This document shows, in pieces, positions 20,506 to 29,814 of a DNA stretch of 64,000 nt. The notes beneath the pieces were generated by a model, which had not been told where the DNA came from, did no database searches, and was given only the letters and a program-made list of their open reading frames with translations. Every line of letters begins with the position of its first letter. The stretch's first letter is position 1. Origin of the DNA: Deltaproteobacteria bacterium (GTDB lineage Bacteria; Desulfobacterota; Desulfobacteria; Desulfobacterales; GCA-2748835); contig PDTL01000026.1 of the NCBI GenBank assembly GCA_002748835.1, positions 14,330 through 78,329 on the forward strand, in the 5' to 3' direction. The position numbers and the translations under genes are program-made.

Positions 20506-20576
20506 GACCCAAGCGATGACTGCCCGCTGGTATTTCTAACAGATGATACGGGTGGCTATTTCTTTATTAAGGTATA

Positions 20577-21629
20577 GTGATCATGACACAAACGATGAAG
20601 GTGGACACAAACGCTTTCCGGATCGGTGTGATCGGAGCCGGAAGCTGGGGAACCGCCCTTGCCGACCTGCTTGGAAGAAAAGGGTTCAGCGTTCAGCTGT
20701 GGGTGCATGAGCCTGAGGTATGTGAGGAGATTCGTGGGGTACGGGAGAACCGGCCTTTTCTCCCCGGGTTTACTCTGTCAGAGCGGATCCTGCCCACAAC
20801 CGATCTGAAAACAGCGGTGACGGATCAGGATATGGTGGTGCTGGTGGTTCCCTCTCACGTGATGCGGGAGACGGCTGAAAAGCTCAAACCGATTCTGTCG
20901 TCGCAGACGGTGCTGGTAACGGCATCCAAGGGAATCGAGAACCGGACGTTTCAGACCATGACCGGTATTCTTCAATCCGTGCTTACGGACCACCCGGTGT
21001 CGAACCTGGCGGTTCTGTCCGGCCCGAGTTTTGCCAGAGAAGTGGCGCAGCGAAAACCCACGGTGGTCACGGTGGCGGCAAATGTGGAAGAGACGGCTGT
21101 CACGGTTCAGCATGCGTTTGCCACACCAGAATTCCGGGTATACACGAGCGATGATATGATCGGCGTGGAGCTTTCCGGGGCCTTGAAAAATGTAATTGCC
21201 ATTGGGGCTGGTATATCCGACGGGCTTGAGCTGGGTTTGAATTCCCGGGCTGCGCTGATCACCCGGGGCTTAAACGAAATCCGGCGGATCGGGAACCAGA
21301 TCGGCGCCAATCCGCATACGTTTTCCGGGCTGGCTGGTGTGGGTGATCTGATGCTGACCTGTACCGGTAATCTGAGCCGGAATTACACACTGGGACTTCA
21401 GGTGGGCCAGGGGCGGAAGGTCAAAGACATCCTGGATGAAATGAAGATGGTCGCCGAAGGGGTAAAAACGGCCCGGTCGATTCATAACTGGGCCCGGAAA
21501 CTGGGGGCGAGTGTGCCCATCTGCGATGAAGTCTACCGGATTCTGCACGAAGATGCCGCTCCCAGTGGGTCGGTTATTCGCCTGATGACCCGTGATCTGA
21601 AGCCGGAACTGGATCTGGTGCAGGTGTGA
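20577..21629 (+). CDS. gpsA: NAD(P)H-dependent glycerol-3-phosphate dehydrogenase
   Basis: GAGSWGTALA, SGPSFA, LKNVIAI, GDL.LTC...SRN. Confidence 0.95.
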   Translation: MIMTQTMKVDTNAFRIGVIGAGSWGTALADLLGRKGFSVQLWVHEPEVCEEIRGVRENRPFLPGFTLSERILPTTDLKTAVTDQDMVVLVVPSHVMRETAEKLKPILSSQTVLVTASKGIENRTFQTMTGILQSVLTDHPVSNLAVLSGPSFAREVAQRKPTVVTVAANVEETAVTVQHAFATPEFRVYTSDDMIGVELSGALKNVIAIGAGISDGLELGLNSRAALITRGLNEIRRIGNQIGANPHTFSGLAGVGDLMLTCTGNLSRNYTLGLQVGQGRKVKDILDEMKMVAEGVKTARSIHNWARKLGASVPICDEVYRILHEDAAPSGSVIRLMTRDLKPELDLVQV

Positions 21630-22372
21630 AGACCCAAGGGGACAGCGGTGGCAACGCGGTGAATGGAAACGCTGCTGACGGACACCGGGCGCGGCTCCGT
21701 GAACGCTTTCTTCAGGGTGGCCTGGACGGTTTCCATGACTATGAAGTCATTGAACTCCTGCTCACCCTGGGAACCCCGAGAAAAGACTGTAAACCTTCAG
21801 CCAAAGCAGCCATGGCCCGGTTTGGAACCTTTCAGGCGGTGCTGGAGGCTTCACCCGAGGACCTGAATCAGGTTCCGGGGATCGGGAAGACCAACATGAT
21901 CGCCCTCCGGCTGATCAAGGCGGTGACAGACCGATATCTGCAGAAAAAGCTAACGGCAAAAGAGACCATTCGTGGAACCACTGATCTTCTGGATTATCTT
22001 CGCCTTCACATCGGGGAAAAGGGCCGGGAATGGTTTCTGGTGATTCTGCTCAATGCCAAAAACCAGGTCATCCGGACGGAAACGCATTCCGTGGGCAGTG
22101 TGTCTGCAAGCAGCGTCTATACCCGGGAGGTGATTCAGCTGGCGCTAAAACACGATGCGGCTGCCATGATTCTTGCCCATAATCATCCCTCGGGCGATCC
22201 GGCGCCGTCTGCAGAGGATGTGGCTGTCACCCGGCGGTTGGTTTTTGCCGGAAAGATTATGGGGATATCGGTGCATGAGCACCTGATTATCGGAAACCCC
22301 GATTACTACAGTTTTGCCGAAAACGGCTATGTACGGCGGTTTGAACGTGAGTACGAGAGCAGCTCTGTCTAG
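21626..22372 (+). CDS. radC: RadC/JAB-domain protein
   Basis: GHR.RLRERF, HhH, HNHPSGDP.PS.ED. Confidence 0.92.
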   Translation: MKTQGDSGGNAVNGNAADGHRARLRERFLQGGLDGFHDYEVIELLLTLGTPRKDCKPSAKAAMARFGTFQAVLEASPEDLNQVPGIGKTNMIALRLIKAVTDRYLQKKLTAKETIRGTTDLLDYLRLHIGEKGREWFLVILLNAKNQVIRTETHSVGSVSASSVYTREVIQLALKHDAAAMILAHNHPSGDPAPSAEDVAVTRRLVFAGKIMGISVHEHLIIGNPDYYSFAENGYVRRFEREYESSSV

Positions 22373-22405
22373 AACCGGAAAGTCCATTGACTAAATCCTG
22401 CTGGA

Positions 22406-22711
22406 ATGCATATGCGACATGTGGACCATCAATATCCGAACTGTTTCGGTGATCTGGAGCAGGTGTTCCCTCTGACCGCTTCTGGTCTCAGGGAAAGCCC
22501 GGAGGCCTGCCGTATCAGCTGCCAGTTTAAAACCGACTGTTTGAAAAAAGCGCTGGCAGGAGAACAGGAAGGACGGCAGACCCGTGAGGAACTGGTGGAT
22601 CGGCAGTATGAAGCTGGTATGATCGGGTTTCTAGAGCGGTGGTCACGAAAAAAAATGCTCAATCCGTCAGGTGGCAAACCAAAGTGGAAAGGAACAAAGG
22701 AACGGAGATGA
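22406..22711 (+). CDS. Small Cys-containing hypothetical protein
   Basis: CFG.L..VFP...C..SC..K..C pattern; stop overlaps pgk start (ATGA). Confidence 0.65.
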   Translation: MHMRHVDHQYPNCFGDLEQVFPLTASGLRESPEACRISCQFKTDCLKKALAGEQEGRQTREELVDRQYEAGMIGFLERWSRKKMLNPSGGKPKWKGTKERR

Positions 22712-23898
22712 AGTCGATCAAGGATGTGGATCTGAACGGAAAACGGGTGCTGATACGTGTGGATTTCAACGTGCCCATGGACGAGTTGCAGAACATTACC
22801 GATGATGTGCGGATCCGTTCGGTACTGCCGACTATCCAGTACTGTCTGGACAATAATGCCAAACTGATTATTACATCACATATGGGACGCCCGGAAGGAA
22901 AAGTGGTCCCGGAGATGAGTCTCAAACCGGTAGCCAAACGGCTGGCACGCCTCCTGGAGCACGATGTCCGGATGCTCGGCGACTGCGTAGGTGCGAATGT
23001 GGCAGCGGCTGTGGATGCCATGAAAACAGGCGACATCATTTTGCTTGAGAATCTTCGGTATCATGCTGAAGAACAGAAGAACGACGAGACATTTGCGCAG
23101 GCCCTGGCCAGCCTGTGTGATGTGTACGTCAATAATGCGTTTGCCGTTTCCCACCGGGCCCATGCATCCGTGGATGCCATCACGCGGTTTGCGCCGGTTT
23201 CTGCAGCGGGCTTTCTGTTGCAGAAGGAGATTACCTATTTCGGAAAAGCCATGGACGAACCCCAGCGCCCGCTGGTTACCGTGATCGGCGGAGCAAAGGT
23301 GTCCAGCAAACTCGGTGCCCTGGAAAATATGCTTCAGCGGGTTGACAAGATGATCATCGGCGGGGCCATGGCCAATACGTTTTTAAAGGCCCTGGGATAT
23401 AGTGTGGGTGTCTCCAGGATCGAAGATGATCTGATTGACAAGGCCGCCAGCATCATGGCCAAAGCCCGCAAGCGGGGTATCAAATTCTATCTGCCCGTGG
23501 ATGCCGTTGTGGCACGGCGTATGGAAGCCAATGCCGAAACCAAAATCGTACCGGTTCAGGAGATCCCTGAATACCGGATGGTGCTGGATATCGGGCCAGC
23601 AACATCTCTCTTGTACCAGGAAGCCATGTACGATGCCAAAACCATCGTGTGGAACGGTCCCATGGGTGTGTTTGAAATGGATGCCTTCAGCCGGGGAACC
23701 ATTGCCATGGCCCATCATGTGGCCAATTCCTATGCCCTGACCATTGTGGGCGGGGGGGATACGGATGTGGCCATCCACAAGACCGGTGAAACCGACCGGA
23801 TCACCTATATATCGACAGGCGGGGGGGCGTTCCTCTACCTGATGGAAGGAAAGGAACTCCCGGCTGTGGCGGCACTCAAGGCGGCGGCCGGAAAATAA
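22708..23898 (+). CDS. pgk: Phosphoglycerate kinase
   Basis: [32 protein letters not shown]. Confidence 0.97.
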   Translation: MKSIKDVDLNGKRVLIRVDFNVPMDELQNITDDVRIRSVLPTIQYCLDNNAKLIITSHMGRPEGKVVPEMSLKPVAKRLARLLEHDVRMLGDCVGANVAAAVDAMKTGDIILLENLRYHAEEQKNDETFAQALASLCDVYVNNAFAVSHRAHASVDAITRFAPVSAAGFLLQKEITYFGKAMDEPQRPLVTVIGGAKVSSKLGALENMLQRVDKMIIGGAMANTFLKALGYSVGVSRIEDDLIDKAASIMAKARKRGIKFYLPVDAVVARRMEANAETKIVPVQEIPEYRMVLDIGPATSLLYQEAMYDAKTIVWNGPMGVFEMDAFSRGTIAMAHHVANSYALTIVGGGDTDVAIHKTGETDRITYISTGGGAFLYLMEGKELPAVAALKAAAGK

Positions 23899-24011
23899 GC
23901 CGAAATGAAGCGTGTGATACCGGGCGATGGCATTTGTGCGATCTCACGGTATCCCACCTGCCGGATGACGGTTTAGATGTGCAGAGGGGTGCGCGAGGAT
24001 AGGAGCCGGAT

Positions 24012-25073
24012 GTGGCATACTGGAAATACCGCGAAGATTTGAGCTTGTCGGACCGACTGCGTCGATCCTATTATGAACTGCTCCGGGATGATTTGGATCA
24101 GTTTGTGCTGCAATATGCACTGGTCGATTCGTATCAGAATTTCATTGATGCCGGTCTGCCGTATCCGTTTGTGGAACGCCGGGAGTTGAAGCCCCGTGCC
24201 CGGATTCCGGATGTGGAATATGAACACCAGAACTCCATGCTCCTGATTTTTCTTGAAGACCAGATCGAGTCCGCGCATAAAAAATATGTCCGTTTTTTTG
24301 ATGCGAACAAATCAACTAAAGCCAACCTGATCAAGTCTGAAGTTTTTTCCCTGATGGAAGAAGATTTTGACCGATCGTGTAAGTTTCTGGATGCCGTCAG
24401 TTTTTACGATTTTTTGCGTTCTCTGCTTCCGGTGGATTATGCCCTCTTGATCCAGCCGGATCCGAGCGTGAAAAAAGCCCGCTACGCACTCACTCATTTC
24501 CATGTCCGGATCGACTGGCCCATTGCAGAAGCCGCAGAGGAACTGGCGCGTTCGCTCCGCTATATTTCAAAGGACCTCTACGAAAAAGGCGATAAATACG
24601 CCGAAGATATTCAGAAAAAATTTTTTGAGTATTACAATCTGACCAGCATGGCCGGTGGCCGGCGGACTGCGGCCATTGTGGCTGCCCAGTATCTGCGGAA
24701 AATTCACTGCATCCACACCGTTTATGTGGGAAGCAGCGAATCCCGAACCCTGAACCGGATATCTGAACGGGGCAATACCCGCTTTGTGCTGGTGAAGTTT
24801 ACCCGGAAGGAAATGCGCCAGCTTGCTGAAAACAACAACATGCCGCTTGAAACTGTGCTCGCAGACTACCCTGTTGCCTGGGAAGGGCAAGAGGCGGTTT
24901 TGATTTTTCAGGTTATCTACGCCAATACCTCTCACTCTCAAGTTCCGGAGGATGGTAAACTCCGGGAACTCAACCCGGACCGGAACTGGCTGACCGTCTC
25001 CCAGGAGCGGATACTCCCCAAACCCGGATCCTGGTCAAGCCCCCCCCTTGCCCTGAACCTGGTCTATGCGTAA
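24012..25073 (+). CDS. Hypothetical protein (353 aa)
   Basis: Long ORF with AGGAG RBS before GTG; no motif recognised. Confidence 0.75.
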   Translation: MAYWKYREDLSLSDRLRRSYYELLRDDLDQFVLQYALVDSYQNFIDAGLPYPFVERRELKPRARIPDVEYEHQNSMLLIFLEDQIESAHKKYVRFFDANKSTKANLIKSEVFSLMEEDFDRSCKFLDAVSFYDFLRSLLPVDYALLIQPDPSVKKARYALTHFHVRIDWPIAEAAEELARSLRYISKDLYEKGDKYAEDIQKKFFEYYNLTSMAGGRRTAAIVAAQYLRKIHCIHTVYVGSSESRTLNRISERGNTRFVLVKFTRKEMRQLAENNNMPLETVLADYPVAWEGQEAVLIFQVIYANTSHSQVPEDGKLRELNPDRNWLTVSQERILPKPGSWSSPPLALNLVYA

Positions 25074-25127
25074 CTCAATACCCTTAAAATCGTTTTGCTT
25101 CCTGGGAGGGACACAGGAGGAAGTGGA

Positions 25128-27086
25128 TTAAGGTGCTGCTTCTGTTGCGAAAAGAACGTTGATAGTGCGGGGGGTATGGGCGGGGACGGGTTTGCCGGTT
25201 TTAGGATTGACGGTGATCAGTTCCACGGAGTCGGGGATGGGGAAGTGACGGTAGGGTCGTGATTCCAGGACTTGCGCCATATAGTCAATCCAGATGGGAA
25301 GGGCGGCGCGTGCGCCGGTTTCCCCTTTGCCCAGGGGACTGTGGTCATCATTACCCACCCAGACGCCGGTGACAATATCCGGAGAGAACCCCACAAACAG
25401 GGCATCCCGGCAATCGTTGGTGGTGCCGGTCTTGCCGCCGACTGGCCGGCGGATGCGTTTGGCCTGTCTTCCGGTGCCTTCCTGGACCACGGCGGTTAGC
25501 ATGTCACAGACAATGGCCGCAGTTGCCGGTGTGACGGCCCATGATGCGTCCGAGTGAGGGGGGGAGGCTTGTATCGGCATGATCTGGGTTTGATCGGGTT
25601 TCCGGATACTGATCACGCTGGTGAGATTCAGCCGCTGGCCGCCATTGGGAAAGACGCCGTATGCCTGTGTGAGGTCAATCAGGGTCATTTCAGATGTGCC
25701 CAAGGCCAGGGAGAGCGTTGGTTTCAGGCGAGCGGTGATTCCTAATTTTTTGGAAAAGGCGATAATCGCTTCGGGAGTGTAGCGGTCGATGAGCCGGACA
25801 GCTGGGATATTTTTTGACAGGCTCAGCGCTGTTCTGAGGGTGATTATACCTTTATAATCGCGAGAATAATTCTGGGGCTGCCAGTCATTGCTGTTGCCCG
25901 GAATTGAAAAACTGACCGGCGCATCCAGCACAGGGGCCATCTGGGACAGGCCTTGTTCAATGGCATAGGCAAACACAAAGGTTTTGAATGCTGAACCGGG
26001 CTGGCGCCGGGCCTGTGTCGCCCGGTTATAGGGACTGCGCGCATAGTCCAGTCCTCCGATCAGGGCCAAAATACGGCCGGATGAAATCTCAATGGATACC
26101 AGGGCTGCCTGGACACCGGCGGTTTCCAGATCGGCGGATGCCATCCGCTGTTTCAAGCGGGAAACGCCTTTTAAAACAGCTGCCTCCGCGACCTTCTGAC
26201 AGTTCAGGTCAAGGCTGGTTTGGATGGAAAGACCCCCTTTGTACAAAAGGGTGTCACCCAGAGACGGTTTCAGGGTGCTCAGCACATAATCCGTAAAATA
26301 GGCGGCTGGCTGTACTTCAGACACCGTCGTCCGGTCAGGCGGCATATAGGGAATGGTGACAGCGGTGTCATAAGCTGCTTCAGATATCATCTTCTGGTTT
26401 CTCATGAGCGTCAGGACGATATTACGTCGTCGGATGGCTGCTTCGGGGTGAACGAGAGGGGAATAATAAGACGGTGCTTTGGGGAGACCGGCCAGAAGGG
26501 CGCATTCATGAAGGTCCAGCGCATGGACCGGTTTGCCGAAAAAACGTTCCGCCGCAGCAGACACCCCGTAAACACCGCTGCCCAGATAGACCTGGTTCAG
26601 GTAGAGCTCCAGAATTTCTTTTTTTGTGTAGCGACGTTCCAGTTGAAAGGCCAGAAACATTTCCTTGAATTTTCGGGAGAGTGATTTTTCTGGGGTGAGA
26701 AACAGGGTTTTTGCCAGCTGCTGAGTGAGCGTGCTGGCACCTTCCACAAATGCGCCCGCCTGAATATCTCGTGCAATGGCCCGCAGAATGCCTTTGAGGT
26801 CGATTCCGCTGTGCTCCCAGAACTGCCTGTCTTCGGTTACGATCAGAGCATTGACCAGATGCGCGGGAAAGGTTGGGTAGGGAACCGGGGTCCGGCGTTC
26901 CGCATAGATTTCTCTGAGAAGCTGCCGGTCATAGGTGTAGATCCGGGTAACAGCCGGATGCCGGAAATCTTTCAGCGCCCGAATGGACGGCAGGTCGACG
27001 ATGAGCATGCGGACAAAAGCGACACCGAGACCGGTTCCCACAGCTAGGAACAAAAACAAGACGGCTGTTAGATAACGCGGCTTCAT
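25128..27086 (-). CDS. Class A penicillin-binding protein (PBP1A family)
   Basis: Transglycosylase EDR.F..H.G.D and GASTLTQQL; transpeptidase SxxK (GSAFK), SKN, KTGT. Confidence 0.93.
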   Translation of the reverse strand: MKPRYLTAVLFLFLAVGTGLGVAFVRMLIVDLPSIRALKDFRHPAVTRIYTYDRQLLREIYAERRTPVPYPTFPAHLVNALIVTEDRQFWEHSGIDLKGILRAIARDIQAGAFVEGASTLTQQLAKTLFLTPEKSLSRKFKEMFLAFQLERRYTKKEILELYLNQVYLGSGVYGVSAAAERFFGKPVHALDLHECALLAGLPKAPSYYSPLVHPEAAIRRRNIVLTLMRNQKMISEAAYDTAVTIPYMPPDRTTVSEVQPAAYFTDYVLSTLKPSLGDTLLYKGGLSIQTSLDLNCQKVAEAAVLKGVSRLKQRMASADLETAGVQAALVSIEISSGRILALIGGLDYARSPYNRATQARRQPGSAFKTFVFAYAIEQGLSQMAPVLDAPVSFSIPGNSNDWQPQNYSRDYKGIITLRTALSLSKNIPAVRLIDRYTPEAIIAFSKKLGITARLKPTLSLALGTSEMTLIDLTQAYGVFPNGGQRLNLTSVISIRKPDQTQIMPIQASPPHSDASWAVTPATAAIVCDMLTAVVQEGTGRQAKRIRRPVGGKTGTTNDCRDALFVGFSPDIVTGVWVGNDDHSPLGKGETGARAALPIWIDYMAQVLESRPYRHFPIPDSVELITVNPKTGKPVPAHTPRTINVLFATEAAP

Positions 27087-27107
27087 TGGGCTGCGGTGCC
27101 AGAGACG

Positions 27108-27992
27108 CTAAATGGTTCTTCGGTTTGACTGTGTTCCGGGAAGGGGCGCGTTTTGTTTCTGATAAAATGTGGAACGCAGGTAGCGTTGGGGGGCAAACCA
27201 TTTGCTGTCATTGGTCAGTGACTCCGTTGCGCCGATGACCAGATAGCCGTCATCTTCCAGTAGGTCGTATAGTTTTTTGTACAGCGTCTGACGGGCTTCC
27301 GGTGTAAAGTAGATCATCACATTCCGGCAAAAAATGATATCGAACTTGCCTAACCCAAGCAAGGGCTTCATCAGGTTAATCTGACGAAAGGAGACCATGG
27401 CGCGCAGTTCATCATTCAGTTTCCAGTGATCCCCGTCTTGATAAAAGTAACGGCGCCGCCGGTTCTCGTCCATGCCGCGGGAGACTTCAAATTTATTGTA
27501 GCGCGCGTAACTGGCTTTGGAGATGGCCTGATTGGAGATGTCGGTTCCCATGAGTTTCACCCTGTACTGGGGTGCTACAATGGACAGTTCCTTTAAGATC
27601 ATGGCGATGGAATAGATTTCCTGGCCGGTGGAACAGGCCGCACTCCAGATCCGGAGGGGGACGGGCATCCGGCCGAGGCCGCTTTTCTGGATGCGATTGT
27701 CGATGAGATCCGGCAGGATTTTATGCTGAAGCAGATCAAAAGGGGCGTTGTCCCTGAAAAAATAAGTCTCATTGGTTGAAATGGCGTCGATGATTTCCTT
27801 TTCAAGTTGCTTTTTCGGATCCTGGACCGCTTTTCGGTGCAGCTCGGTGAAGGATGCAGCCTTGGTTTTCTCCAGTATTGATGCCAGCCGTGTCTCGATC
27901 AGATACTCTTTTCCAGGCTGCAGGGAAATACCTGATATATCCAGAATGTACTTCGATAGTGTCTTGAATTCATCAGGAGCGATTTTAATCAT
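27108..27992 (-). CDS. cheR: Chemotaxis methyltransferase CheR
   Basis: TNETYFFRD, WSAACSTGQE.YS, FCRNV.IYF. Confidence 0.95.
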   Translation of the reverse strand: MIKIAPDEFKTLSKYILDISGISLQPGKEYLIETRLASILEKTKAASFTELHRKAVQDPKKQLEKEIIDAISTNETYFFRDNAPFDLLQHKILPDLIDNRIQKSGLGRMPVPLRIWSAACSTGQEIYSIAMILKELSIVAPQYRVKLMGTDISNQAISKASYARYNKFEVSRGMDENRRRRYFYQDGDHWKLNDELRAMVSFRQINLMKPLLGLGKFDIIFCRNVMIYFTPEARQTLYKKLYDLLEDDGYLVIGATESLTNDSKWFAPQRYLRSTFYQKQNAPLPGTQSNRRTI

Positions 27993-28009
27993 TGCAACAC
28001 CGTATGGAG

Positions 28010-29158
28010 TTATAGGTTGATCGGTCCGTTATATCGGTGTTTGCGGACAGATTTGACAATTTCACCGGAAATCGACGTCAGCGGACAAACGGCGTCAACA
28101 ATACCCGATGCAATGGGTTCTTTGGGCATACCGAAAACCGTACATGTGGCTTCATCTTGCGCGATAATGTAGGCGCCGCTTTGTTTCATCTGTTTGAGGC
28201 CTTTGCTGCCGTCGTTACCCATACCGGTCATGATAACGCCGGTGGACCGTCCGAGGTAATATTCCGAAACAGATCTGAACAGATAGTCTGCAGATGGTTT
28301 ACAGCTGTTTTCGGGTGGATCGTCGGTAATTCTTATGAGGCGGTTCTGGCCGTCATTGCCGGCAATGACTTTCATCTGTTTGCCACCTGGCGCGATATAG
28401 ACGGTATTGGCGGTAAGTGCTTCACCGTTTTCCGCCTCCTTGACCCGGAGGCGGGATTTGGCGTCAAGGCTTTTAGCCAGGGACTGTGTAAACACCGGCG
28501 GCATGTGCTGAACAATGAGAATGGGCACATTTAGGGTATCTGGCAGCGCTGGAATGAGTTGAGCCAGCGCGTTGGGACCGCCGGTGGAAATACCGATGGC
28601 AACGATCTCCGATGATCCAGGGGGGGTGGGCCGAGGGACAGGAGGAGCCGATGCCGCTTTAGGCGCTGGCGGCTCCGGGGGGTATCTGAAAGGGACAGAC
28701 GGTCTGGCCGCAGGGAGGGGGGTGGGGCGAAAGCCGGGGCGGACAATGGCACGTCTTCGTGTAAACGCCTTGACAATGGGATTCAGAAGCGTTCTGATGC
28801 TCTGAAGGTTTTCCCTCATGGTTCCGGATTGGGGCTTGGGGATGAAATCAAACGCGCCCAGCTCTAGCGCACGGATGGTCATATCGCTCCCGTCGTGGGT
28901 CAGGGTGCTGACCATGATCACACCGATATGGGGATGCTCCCGGTTCACGGCTTCAAGGGTTTCCAGCCCGTTCATCTCCGGCATTTCAATATCCAGGGTA
29001 ATGAAGTCGGGCTTCAGGGTGTTGATTTTATGCAGGGCTATTTTCCCGTTGTTCGCTGTTCCGACCACTTCGATGTCAGGGAATTCGGCAAGCACATCTG
29101 ACACAATTTTTCGATAAACGATGGTATCATCCACCACAAGGGCGCGTAGCTTACTCAT
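28010..29158 (-). CDS. cheB: Chemotaxis methylesterase CheB (REC + catalytic domain)
   Basis: GISTGGP, QHMP, TGMG.DG. Confidence 0.95.
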   Translation of the reverse strand: MSKLRALVVDDTIVYRKIVSDVLAEFPDIEVVGTANNGKIALHKINTLKPDFITLDIEMPEMNGLETLEAVNREHPHIGVIMVSTLTHDGSDMTIRALELGAFDFIPKPQSGTMRENLQSIRTLLNPIVKAFTRRRAIVRPGFRPTPLPAARPSVPFRYPPEPPAPKAASAPPVPRPTPPGSSEIVAIGISTGGPNALAQLIPALPDTLNVPILIVQHMPPVFTQSLAKSLDAKSRLRVKEAENGEALTANTVYIAPGGKQMKVIAGNDGQNRLIRITDDPPENSCKPSADYLFRSVSEYYLGRSTGVIMTGMGNDGSKGLKQMKQSGAYIIAQDEATCTVFGMPKEPIASGIVDAVCPLTSISGEIVKSVRKHRYNGPINL

Positions 29159-29298
29159 AACTGTCTCTTGCCATATTGAATCAGGAAATCCGGGTTGCCA
29201 GAAAACGGTTCTGTTGAAGTGTCGTTCTGCAGTGACCGTCTTTCGTGCATAGAACGCAAGGGATCGGCCTTACTGTCAGCTGTTCATTTCAGGCACTA

Positions 29299-29745
29299 TT
29301 ATTCCTGAAGGACTTCTTCCGTATTCAGGATGCCGATTAGGCTGTTTTTTGTTTTATACACCCCGCTAAAAAAACGGCCTTGGACGCCGCCGATATTTGC
29401 GGGCGGGTTCTCAATGCCATCGGCATGCGCAATCATGACATCGCTGATCCTGTCAACTAACAGCCCGATATGCTCATCATCCGAGTTGACAATGATATTT
29501 CGGCTTTCCTTATCCACCTCAACCGGTGAAAGTCCGAGTTTTTTTCCTAGATCAATGATGGTGACAATACGCCCGCGAAGGTTCAGTACGCCTCGGACAT
29601 AGTCGGGAGCCTGGGGGACCAGGGTGACTTCCGTCTGTTTGTTGATTTCCTGGATGTTCAGGATGTTCAGGCCGCACAGGGCGTCACCAATATAAAAAGT
29701 TGCCAGTTCAATGACAGGTGATCCGGATGTGTTTTGTTCCTGCAT
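29299..29745 (-). CDS. cheW: CheW
   Basis: QEI...VP.AP.YV.GV.NLRG.IV..IDL. Confidence 0.93.
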   Translation of the reverse strand: MQEQNTSGSPVIELATFYIGDALCGLNILNIQEINKQTEVTLVPQAPDYVRGVLNLRGRIVTIIDLGKKLGLSPVEVDKESRNIIVNSDDEHIGLLVDRISDVMIAHADGIENPPANIGGVQGRFFSGVYKTKNSLIGILNTEEVLQE

Positions 29746-29814
29746 GTGTGTAGTCCTCCGGTATACGCGTGCTTTGAAGTATGAAACCGCCGCAGCAGGT
29801 TGCCTTACTTAAAG

